Translations under genes and position numbers: made by a program | Notes under the pieces: model-generated | Told to the model about the DNA's origin: nothing | The model's input: only the letters and a program-made list of their open reading frames with translations | Databases searched by the model: none | DNA from: Candidatus Poribacteria bacterium | GTDB taxonomy: Bacteria > Poribacteria > WGA-4E > WGA-3G | Reading direction: 5' to 3' | Length of the DNA stretch: 64,000 nt | Assembly (NCBI GenBank): GCA_965215265.1 | Contig: OZ244048.1 | Coordinates: 448,001-512,000, forward strand | Shown: positions 31,101-39,517 of the stretch, piece after piece | How the letters are laid out: every line of letters begins with the position of its first letter | How positions within the stretch are numbered: position 1 is the stretch's first letter

Positions 31101-31817
31101 ATGAAATTCCAACTACCGATAATCATCGCAGCATCACTGACGCTACTAATCTTCGGCGGCATCTATTTCTTCGGAAAGGGTAAGACGCAACTCGGCATAG
31201 CTGTCAATTTAGAGAGCGAGGAATTCAAGCAACTACGCTCTGATGCCACTGACGCTTTCAACGCAGGAAAGTATGAACAAGCCATTATACTCTACGATAA
31301 AGCACTCAGAATGCGGCCCGAAAACGCTGAAGTCTATAACGATTTGGGCGCAGTCTATTACGAGCAAGGACTCAAATACGCCGGCCCCAGTTGGCCCTCT
31401 TGGGAAAAGGAAATTCGCGATACCTCCTACGCCACCGCAATCGCAGAACTCCAAACAGCCCTCGCACAGGTTGACTCCGGAATGGTCACCTTCAAAACAC
31501 GTGATGATGATGTCGCATCCGCACTTGTTGAACACGCGAAAAAACTCGGCGGCGAAGTCTATCATGCACGATGGGAAAATGAAATTACACTCAACATTCT
31601 TATTGGACAGACCAGAGTCTATTTGTTGAAAGCCCGCGACGCTTACTTACGCGCCTTGGATCTAAAGCCATCGCATAGCGTCGCATATCGAAACCTCGGA
31701 TCGCTTTTCATGAAAGTCGGAAAAACCGATACCGCCATTGACTATTACGAAGAGGCATATAAATTGGACCCGCGCGACACCGAACTTGAGGAATACCTCA
31801 ATCAATTTAGAAAGTAA
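31101..31817 (+). CDS. Membrane-anchored TPR protein
   Basis: N-terminal TM; VYNDLGAVY and AYRNLGSLF TPRs. Confidence 0.85.
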   Translation: MKFQLPIIIAASLTLLIFGGIYFFGKGKTQLGIAVNLESEEFKQLRSDATDAFNAGKYEQAIILYDKALRMRPENAEVYNDLGAVYYEQGLKYAGPSWPSWEKEIRDTSYATAIAELQTALAQVDSGMVTFKTRDDDVASALVEHAKKLGGEVYHARWENEITLNILIGQTRVYLLKARDAYLRALDLKPSHSVAYRNLGSLFMKVGKTDTAIDYYEEAYKLDPRDTELEEYLNQFRK

Positions 31818-31926
31818 ACTCGTTAACACGAACAATCGCTTTTTTGTATATCTCCGTACCGTCAACGCTTATGTCGTGGGTACTCGTGTGTAAATCTCGT
31901 CGGAGGTTATCTATGCTATGATTCAT
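31807..31926 (-). CDS. Candidate 39-aa small ORF built from the repeat (MNHSIDNLRRDLHTSTHDISVDGTEIYKKAIVRVNEFTF)
   Basis: Strong RBS GGAGGTTAAGGAGAAAGAT before ATG 31926; manual translation; no homology known. Confidence 0.3.
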   Translation of the reverse strand: MNHSIDNLRRDLHTSTHDISVDGTEIYKKAIVRVNEFTF

Positions 31927-32067
31927 ATCTTTCTCCTTAACCTCCTACATATACGGAGTGTCGAGCCAAACTGAGTTAAATTCGTATATTTCAGCCCATC
32001 AACGGCTGATGCGTTGTTAATGACTGTGTACATCTCGTCAGAGCCTTTTGATGTATTGAATCATAAC
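31840..32067 (-). repeat. Diverged, inverted copy C of the modular repeat (two separate modules)
   Basis: Reverse complement reads CAATACATCAAAAGGCTCTGACGAGATGTACACAGTCATT...GGGCTGAAATATAC and CCGACGAGATTTACACACGAG...GTTGACGGTACGGAGATATAC. Confidence 0.8.
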
Positions 32068-32123
32068 AAGAATAAAAAAATGAAATTCCAAAACATTTGC
32101 ATAGGGCAAGGAGAGACTTCGCA

Positions 32124-35100
32124 GTGCAGCACAAGTTATGCCCCAGCTGTGGCTTCTTGAATCCATCATTACAGTCCGATATCGGTTTGCAAACAATGCC
32201 CAAGTTTTGTGGAAACTGCGCAAATCCACTCAGCAAAACAGAACCGAACCCTCAGGATAGTGTCTATCTGGATAAACGCACGACCGAGACACCTCGCCAG
32301 GAACTGGATATCGCAACCAGAGGGACCGCCGAACGCCGCCAACTCACTGTACTCTTTTGTGATGTTGTGAACTCAACACAATTCACCGAAAAACTAGATC
32401 CGGAAGAACTCCGAAATCTATTAGAGGCATACCGCGCCGGCGTCATGGAAGTCGTGTTAGCACAAAATGGACATATCGCACGATACTTTGGCGATGGAAT
32501 CCTCGTCTATTTCGGATACCCCATCGCGCACGAAGATGCCGCGCATCGCGCCGTCAGAACTGCATTGGGTATTGTCGCCGCTATAGAGACACTCAATCCA
32601 TACTTTAAAGCAAACTTTGATACCGAAATGCAGGTACGACTGAGTATTGAGACAGGGCTCGTTGTTGTCTGGCACATGGAAGGAGATGATGCACCTGAAC
32701 CCATAGATATTGTCGGCAGAACACCCAACATCGCAGCCAGAATGCAAAATAGAGCTGAACCCAACACCATTGTCATTGGGAACACTACCCAGCAACTCAT
32801 CCAAGGCTTTTTTAACTGCAAACCACTCGGCACTTCTAAACTACGAGGAATTTCACAGCCGGTACCTCTCTATCAAGTCTCGGGTGAAATCCCACAACAA
32901 AGCCGCGTAGATGTCGAACGTGAAAGCGGATTAACACCCCTTATCGGACGAAAAGTTCAACTGCAACTCATGGAAAAATGCTGGACCGACGTTATCAACG
33001 GCAAAGGACATGCACTTCTCATTGAAGGCGAAGCCGGAATCGGAAAATCGCGCTGTATACAATGGCTTAAGGAGCACGTCAACGCCGAAGCGCATATCCT
33101 AGAGGGCAGAGGTTCACCTTATTACCAAAATAGTCCTCTCTATCCAATACTCGTCATCCTACAGCAGCTCTTGAAATTTACCAGCACCGATACACCGCAC
33201 AACAGACTACTAAAATTGGAGAAGTTTCTACAGAAAATAGGAAATTTACCGACTGAGACCTTCCCGCTCCTCGCAGAACTCCTTTTTTTAAAAACGCCCG
33301 CCCACCCAAATCCTTACGCAACACAAACCTTAAGCCCAGAACAACGTAGACAACAGACATGGGAAGGCCTTGTACACCTCTTACTTAAAGTCGCTGAGCG
33401 CAAACCAATCCTCTTTGTGGTTGAAGATCTACACTGGATTGATCCATCAACTCTCGCTTTTCTCGCTCTCTTAATTGCACGCAGTCAAAACGCCAGAATG
33501 TTGATAGCACTCACCTGCCGCTCCGAAAATAGCGAAAATATGGCACTCCTCGTACAAGAAACCAAACCCTCATGGACAACAGCAATTACTCTCAAACGCT
33601 TAACACCCAAGCAGGTTGAAACCATGATTCAGAACGTCGCAGAAGCACAACTCAAACTTGTGGATAAAAAACCGCTCACATCTATATCTGAAGACATCGT
33701 CGCGCAGATCGTCGATATGACTGAAGGGGTACCACTGTTTGTTGAAGAACTCACCCGCATGGTACTTGAAGGAAACCTGATAACTTTAACACCTACTTTC
33801 CCCGGAAATCAGCCCACAGAGATTCCGGTTACCCTCCAAGCACTGCTCACAGCACGGTTAGACCGGCTCGGACCAGCGAAAGAGATTGTACAACTCGGCG
33901 CAACCCTTGGAAGGGAATGGACCGGCGAACTCCTTCAGCAGCTACACGCATTGAATACCTCACCCGAAGCCCGGGGGGATGCCGATGCCGAAAACAATTG
34001 GCTTGAAACTCAATTGAAGGCACTCATTGAAGCGCAAATCCTTGATCAGAGATCCACACCAGACAATCAAGTTATTTATACCTTTAGACACCCCTTAATC
34101 CGGGAAACTGCCTACCAGTCTCTACTCAAAAGCACACGGCAGCAATATCATCAACAGATAGCAACCGTCCTGACAGAGGAATTTGGCACAATCGTGAACG
34201 CGCAGCCTGAATTGGTCGCACATCACTATACCGAAGCCGGCATCCCTGAGAAAGCAGTCGATTATTGGCAGCAGGCTGGACACCGGGCATTGGAACGCTC
34301 CGCAAACGTTGAAGGCACACGCCACATTACACTCGGGCTCGCCGCGCTCGAAAACTTGCCACCCACACCGGAACGAGCACGACGCGAACTCAGACTCCTC
34401 ACAACTATCGGACCTGCCTTCATTGCAACAAAGGGATACGCCTCTCTTGAAGTAGAACAAACTTATACCCGAGCGCGAGAACTCTTGGATGGGCTGGACA
34501 CCCTTGAAGCACAAACTACCTCAAGTCTATTCACACAGAACGAAGACCGACAAAACGTCAACGCCTTACGGTTCCCCGTCCTCTTTGGCTTGTGGCTCTC
34601 CTATCTTGTACAGGGACGGCTGCTCTCCGCACGCGAACTGGGTGAACAGTGCCTCGTTTTTGCAAAACAGCAGCACAACCCTGCCTTTGAAGTAGAAGCA
34701 CATAGAGCACTCGGAGCTACACTATATTATCTCAGTGAATTCAAAAGTGCACTCGCACACCTTGATGCCGGCCTCGCAGCCTACCAACCCCAAGAACACC
34801 CCGTCCCGGCTTTCTTACACTACCTGGCAGACCCGGGGATGACCTTACTCTCCTATTCCGCACCCCTTTTATGGAGCATCGGATACCCAGAACAAGCTGT
34901 CAGAAGGATTAAAGCCGCTGAGAACATCGGACACCAGAGACAGCACCCTTTTAGTAAGGTTGTCTCTCTACACTTTGCAACAGTCGTCTACCAATACCAA
35001 GAAGATGTCGATAAGGTCGAAGCCCTGGCAACACAAATGTTGAACCTCTGCCAGCAACACGGCTTCTTTATCTGGGAAGCGGCCGCAACCGTTATGAAAG

Positions 35101-35666
35101 GATGGGCACTCGCCGAAAAAGGCCAAGCAGAGCAAGGCATCGCCATGATACGCCGCGGCATCTCCGCATGGGAAACCACGCGCGCCGAAGTACTACGCCC
35201 CCTTTTTCTCGCACGCCTCGCACAAGCTTATCAGTGCGCACGGGAACTTGAACTCGCATTGCAGACTTTGGATGAAGCCATCGACGCAGTCAAAAAAACA
35301 GGAGAGCGGATGTACTTGGCCGAACTCTATAGACAGAAAGCAGAATGCTATAAACAACAATGTGGAAACCTTCACCATCAAGAAGGCGCAGAAACTGCAG
35401 CCTATACAAACGCAGAAACCTATTTCCAGAGAGCGTTAGCAGTCGCAAAGGCACAGGGGGCTAAGTCCTGGGAACTCCGGGCAGCAATCAGCCTCTGCCA
35501 ACTGTGGATGAGACATAGCAGCTCGCACACACAAGCCACATGCTCACGCAAGCAAGCGGCATACGCGCTTTTAAAACCGATATACACTTGGTTCTCTGAA
35601 GGCTTTGATACACCAAACCTCAATACAGCCAAGCAACTTCTCAATGAATTGGAGGCAAAACAATGA
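32124..35666 (+). CDS. Class III adenylate/guanylate cyclase - STAND AAA ATPase - TPR protein with N-terminal double zinc ribbon
   Basis: CPSCG/CGNCA, ERRQLTVLFCD, YFGDG, PNIAAR, GEAGIGKS, VEDLHW, WELRAA; GTG start after AAGGAG. Confidence 0.92.
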   Translation: MQHKLCPSCGFLNPSLQSDIGLQTMPKFCGNCANPLSKTEPNPQDSVYLDKRTTETPRQELDIATRGTAERRQLTVLFCDVVNSTQFTEKLDPEELRNLLEAYRAGVMEVVLAQNGHIARYFGDGILVYFGYPIAHEDAAHRAVRTALGIVAAIETLNPYFKANFDTEMQVRLSIETGLVVVWHMEGDDAPEPIDIVGRTPNIAARMQNRAEPNTIVIGNTTQQLIQGFFNCKPLGTSKLRGISQPVPLYQVSGEIPQQSRVDVERESGLTPLIGRKVQLQLMEKCWTDVINGKGHALLIEGEAGIGKSRCIQWLKEHVNAEAHILEGRGSPYYQNSPLYPILVILQQLLKFTSTDTPHNRLLKLEKFLQKIGNLPTETFPLLAELLFLKTPAHPNPYATQTLSPEQRRQQTWEGLVHLLLKVAERKPILFVVEDLHWIDPSTLAFLALLIARSQNARMLIALTCRSENSENMALLVQETKPSWTTAITLKRLTPKQVETMIQNVAEAQLKLVDKKPLTSISEDIVAQIVDMTEGVPLFVEELTRMVLEGNLITLTPTFPGNQPTEIPVTLQALLTARLDRLGPAKEIVQLGATLGREWTGELLQQLHALNTSPEARGDADAENNWLETQLKALIEAQILDQRSTPDNQVIYTFRHPLIRETAYQSLLKSTRQQYHQQIATVLTEEFGTIVNAQPELVAHHYTEAGIPEKAVDYWQQAGHRALERSANVEGTRHITLGLAALENLPPTPERARRELRLLTTIGPAFIATKGYASLEVEQTYTRARELLDGLDTLEAQTTSSLFTQNEDRQNVNALRFPVLFGLWLSYLVQGRLLSARELGEQCLVFAKQQHNPAFEVEAHRALGATLYYLSEFKSALAHLDAGLAAYQPQEHPVPAFLHYLADPGMTLLSYSAPLLWSIGYPEQAVRRIKAAENIGHQRQHPFSKVVSLHFATVVYQYQEDVDKVEALATQMLNLCQQHGFFIWEAAATVMKGWALAEKGQAEQGIAMIRRGISAWETTRAEVLRPLFLARLAQAYQCARELELALQTLDEAIDAVKKTGERMYLAELYRQKAECYKQQCGNLHHQEGAETAAYTNAETYFQRALAVAKAQGAKSWELRAAISLCQLWMRHSSSHTQATCSRKQAAYALLKPIYTWFSEGFDTPNLNTAKQLLNELEAKQ

Positions 35667-36523
35667 GACTCGGTGTTGTTGGAATATGTGGAGACTTCCG
35701 CACTCTCACCTCAGAACAACTCAAAAAAGTAAAGGAATTGGAATTCACGGGTATCAGCTTCCATTTTCGAAGTGAGGACATCCCTTCCGTTTCACCGGAC
35801 GTTTGCACCAAAACAGCAGAACTGCTCAAATCTGAACAACTCGACCTTGTCCAATTCGGCATTACCTATGAGCAATGCCTCTTCGATCCGAGAACCGACG
35901 TGCGCCACGCTGCCATCGATAATGTCACACGAGGCATGCCAACTGCCGTCTCACTCGGGGCACAATACTACTTGTTCCGGCCCGGAAGTCTAAATCCAGA
36001 CGGAGCATGGACATCTCACAGAGATAACTATCTCCCAATATCAATGACACGGTTAATTGAGACGCTCAAACCGATTGCAGAGCATGCTGAGCAGCAAGAA
36101 CTCACCCTCGTTATGGAAACACATGCCGTCTCAATTATGGATTCCCCAGAAACCTGCAGGGAAGTCGTCGAACGCGTCGGATCCGATAGGCTCCGAATCG
36201 TCATGGATTTCGTCAACCACTTCCAAACCCTGCGCCAAGTTTATGACTCCGAGGCACGACTCAATCACATTTTTGATGTTATGGGACGTGTCGCACCTAT
36301 GGCACACATCAAAGACATCAGCGTCCGAAACGGCTTAGTACTTCACCTTGACGAAGAAGTACCTGGGGAAGGTGAACTAAACATTGCCATTGCACTGAAG
36401 CGATTTCATAACATGTACCCAAACGGATACGGACTCATAGAACACCTCCCCGTACACAAAATACCGCTTGCAGCAGCCAATGTGAGGAGAATCGCCTCAC
36501 AAAATGGAATTCAGATTCATTGA
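35663..36523 (+). CDS. Sugar phosphate isomerase/epimerase (AP endonuclease 2 / xylose isomerase-like TIM barrel)
   Basis: LVMETH, MDFVNH, AHIKD, PGEG, IEH metal ligands. Confidence 0.85.
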   Translation: MRLGVVGICGDFRTLTSEQLKKVKELEFTGISFHFRSEDIPSVSPDVCTKTAELLKSEQLDLVQFGITYEQCLFDPRTDVRHAAIDNVTRGMPTAVSLGAQYYLFRPGSLNPDGAWTSHRDNYLPISMTRLIETLKPIAEHAEQQELTLVMETHAVSIMDSPETCREVVERVGSDRLRIVMDFVNHFQTLRQVYDSEARLNHIFDVMGRVAPMAHIKDISVRNGLVLHLDEEVPGEGELNIAIALKRFHNMYPNGYGLIEHLPVHKIPLAAANVRRIASQNGIQIH

Positions 36524-36564
36524 AGAGCTTGCGCGTAAAGTTATCGAGGAATCATAACCTAGAA

Positions 36565-36740
36565 TGGCTCAGACGAGATTTATCTATAGATTGGCAGGTA
36601 AAAGGTAGTAAGCGTATCCTGAAGGATATGCTTACTACCTATCCTGCCAACACACGAGCTATCATTACATAGACGTTGATGGTTAAGAATTCGCCCTGCT
36701 TGCAGGGACAATTCTTAACGGAGATATACGAAAAATTTGA
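36565..36740 (+). repeat. Modular repeat copy D, interrupted by a REP-like hairpin
   Basis: GGCTCAGACGAGATTTA[insert]CACACGAGCTATCATT...hairpin 36682-36719...GGAGATATACGAAAAATTTGA. Confidence 0.85.
36591..36650. repeat. GTAG-type REP-like palindrome
   Basis: TTGGCAGG..AGGTAGTAAGCGTATCC-TGAA-GGATATGCTTACTACCT..CCTGCCAA. Confidence 0.7.
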
Positions 36741-39283
36741 ATCACATTCTCATGACAAACATGCAAAGGGTGATACACATGTATAAATCAAGAAAACGTT
36801 CAGCAAGACTACTTCGCAATATGCACCTTTACCTCAGTGCTGTCCTCATTTTATTCGCGCTCCTCCACATTGCAATAGCGCAAGAGACAACTGCAGTTGA
36901 AGAAGCAGAGAAACAGGTAAGAACCCTTTGGAGCAGAGTACAACCTTACGTTGCAGTTAGTGTCATTGTATTCATCTTTACCAGCATCACTTATCTGATA
37001 CGGCTCTTTAAGAAAGACAAACTCTTGAAGAAACTCCTGAACAAATACGTCGTTTTCCAGATGAAAAACGGGCATCGGTATCGTGGAACGATGCGACTTG
37101 AATTCACCGGAATGGAAATCATCTCTGAAGAATCCAGGCAGCGTGGACATGCACCCAGTTATATCTTCACCAACCCGGAAAGAGAGGACGGCATCGTCGC
37201 ATACATTCGCTATCACGACATGATGAATGAGCGAGAACGCCGAGAACGCTTATGGGAACTTGAACGCGTTCACCATCCACCCTTGTTCTACAGAATCGCA
37301 CGAAAAATACGAAATATGTTCATTGCACTTAGAGAAGCTGTTGAACAAGCCATCTCTATGCTCTGGTCCAGTATACAAAAAAGTACAAAAGGGCGAGTCG
37401 CCAGATACAATGAAATCTACCGTGCTACCCAAGATGGAAACGGAGATCTTTCGGATAGACTTGATACCATTCAGCAGGAATCTACACAATACTTGGATCA
37501 GGAGAGTTATGAACGTCTCATTGAACGTCTCATCGGCACACGCGTCAAAGTCCGAACACACACCGGAGAATACACCGCCATCCTCAAGGATTACAACGAG
37601 AAGCATATCTCCCTCATGAATGTGAAAGATGAAGACAACAACGGATACAAAGACGAATGGGAATATATGCACAAACACGATCACAATATCGAAAAAGTGA
37701 ATTATCGCGACGACCGCGGATTACGCTGCCGAATGGAAGGCGACGATCAGAACGGATACAAAGTGGTCTTTGAAAACAATACACCCTATACCATCCAACT
37801 CGGACGCATCATCTTGCAGGAAGACGCACCGAAGTGGGAAAAGGATTATGAGTATAAATACCATATTGCCCCTTTTAGCGTGCAAAAGTTATCCATACAA
37901 CCGCAGGTCAATCGGCGTGTAAAACCTTTTCACAACGTCTCTAAGCGCATTCAACTTACACCGAAAAACTACAAAAAAATCGGGTTCAAGTTTCGCGCTT
38001 TTCGCGATGCTGATATTGTCTTCCCACGCCGCTATTGCACAATCGTTGAAAGTGCCGAAAAATATCAGCCGGAGCTCTTCAGTCTAACCGGATTGACTGA
38101 TGCAATCTTGGACCGACAGGACACCGAAGGCATCGCTATCACTGACAAGGAAGGAAATCCTATTCATGGCATAAACGTCGTTCACGGATACGTCACAAAT
38201 GTTAATGAAGAACGCATTGACTTGAAGACTATTGATGTCAGTTATAGCCGACGCTGGAATGTTGAAAATGCCTTTGCTCGCTTCGATACAAAACTCCGCA
38301 CCGGATTCTCCATAATAGAGCGATGGCTACCTTTTAATCGCAAACAATTAACCGCATACGCCTCTCTTTTTGAACAAGTGCATCAAAACCCAAAGAGAAA
38401 ATCTATCTTAGCACCGCTAATTTATGGAGAAAAAACTAAGGCAGGCAGCCACACACCGCCAATTCAACGCTTACAGAAAAAATTCGGAATACTGCCTTCG
38501 CACACCAAAACCCCGCTCCCCCTTAAAGTCCTCGCACTCACAGGCAACATTACCACCCAAGAGATGCCTGTCCTTGAACGTTTTGAATACATTCGAGAAC
38601 ATCATATCATCTACAAAACCATCCAGGATTTGCGAACCGACAAACTCGCAAAAACGGATATTTTGTGGATAGGCGCAGGAGAAATCTACAAAGCCGGATA
38701 CCGGCTGAACATTGACGCCGAACACCGCATAAAGAACTTCGTCAGCCAAGGCGGTATCGTCATCGTCTCCGGACAAGATTTCAAGGCAAATTATAAGCAG
38801 CGGCGCGGCACAGGATGGAGCCCAGAACCCCTCACCGGGGTCGAATGTGAAGAAACTGAAAACTTGATACCTACTTTCCGCGGAAAGCGATCCGGCATTT
38901 TCAAACAGCCTAATCTCTTAAATGGAAAAAGCATCACTGACTCCGACGCAATAGACAAGCCCACAGTACGGCTCGACGATATGTGGTTCGATCCACTCGG
39001 GAAATGGACATCACTCGCCAAAATTTCAAACCCGCAGGCGCTTCAGGTAAACATAAACAGAACTAGAGAACACGAGGCATCACCTCTGCTAATGCTTCCC
39101 TTTCAGAACGGATTGTACATCGTCACCAGTTTGAAAAACGAAATGGAAACTGATGTTGAAGCCAATCAGAATCTCATGGAGAATCTCCTCCATTTTTCTG
39201 TCAAATGGCTGGATAACCAGAAACAGACGGATTCAGTCCGACGCTTTTTCTCCAGACCCGGTAACGTAACAGCCAGGGGCTAA
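36737..39283 (+). CDS. Large membrane-anchored hypothetical protein
   Basis: 848-aa ORF, two N-terminal hydrophobic segments, C-terminal class I GATase-like segment (DILWIGAG...IKNFVSQGGIVIVSGQ); true start may be 36779. Confidence 0.75.
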   Translation: MNHILMTNMQRVIHMYKSRKRSARLLRNMHLYLSAVLILFALLHIAIAQETTAVEEAEKQVRTLWSRVQPYVAVSVIVFIFTSITYLIRLFKKDKLLKKLLNKYVVFQMKNGHRYRGTMRLEFTGMEIISEESRQRGHAPSYIFTNPEREDGIVAYIRYHDMMNERERRERLWELERVHHPPLFYRIARKIRNMFIALREAVEQAISMLWSSIQKSTKGRVARYNEIYRATQDGNGDLSDRLDTIQQESTQYLDQESYERLIERLIGTRVKVRTHTGEYTAILKDYNEKHISLMNVKDEDNNGYKDEWEYMHKHDHNIEKVNYRDDRGLRCRMEGDDQNGYKVVFENNTPYTIQLGRIILQEDAPKWEKDYEYKYHIAPFSVQKLSIQPQVNRRVKPFHNVSKRIQLTPKNYKKIGFKFRAFRDADIVFPRRYCTIVESAEKYQPELFSLTGLTDAILDRQDTEGIAITDKEGNPIHGINVVHGYVTNVNEERIDLKTIDVSYSRRWNVENAFARFDTKLRTGFSIIERWLPFNRKQLTAYASLFEQVHQNPKRKSILAPLIYGEKTKAGSHTPPIQRLQKKFGILPSHTKTPLPLKVLALTGNITTQEMPVLERFEYIREHHIIYKTIQDLRTDKLAKTDILWIGAGEIYKAGYRLNIDAEHRIKNFVSQGGIVIVSGQDFKANYKQRRGTGWSPEPLTGVECEETENLIPTFRGKRSGIFKQPNLLNGKSITDSDAIDKPTVRLDDMWFDPLGKWTSLAKISNPQALQVNINRTREHEASPLLMLPFQNGLYIVTSLKNEMETDVEANQNLMENLLHFSVKWLDNQKQTDSVRRFFSRPGNVTARG

Positions 39284-39421
39284 CCAGCAGTAGCCAAATA
39301 ATGTAGATTGGGAGAAGACGGTGCGGGAGCAAGGCGGCCATCCGCGTGAGATTGAGGAGCTTGTTTTGAAAGCGATAAACGGTGATGATACGGAGGAGGA
39401 GTCCGTTGACGGAGGACAGTG

Positions 39422-39517
39422 ATGTTTAGAGTCAATACATCGAACGGCTCAGACGAGATTTTCACAGTTATTGACAATACATCAGGCGTTATCGGGCTGA
39501 AATATACAAAAATTTGA
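39422..39517 (+). repeat. Modular repeat copy E (coincides with a 31-codon ORF)
   Basis: TTTAGAGTCAATACATCGAACGGCTCAGACGAGATTTTCACAGTTATTGACAATACATCAGGCGTTATCGGGCTGAAATATACAAAAATTTGA. Confidence 0.85.

Noticed and set aside
31981-32045. CTGACGAG...GAAA as a hammerhead ribozyme
   Set aside because: Stems II and III could not be built and the CUGANGA core is not conserved in the other copies
29001-39517. Repeats as integron attC sites
   Set aside because: No integrase, no consistent RYYYAAC...GTTRRRY symmetry, and the flanked genes include housekeeping-type htrA
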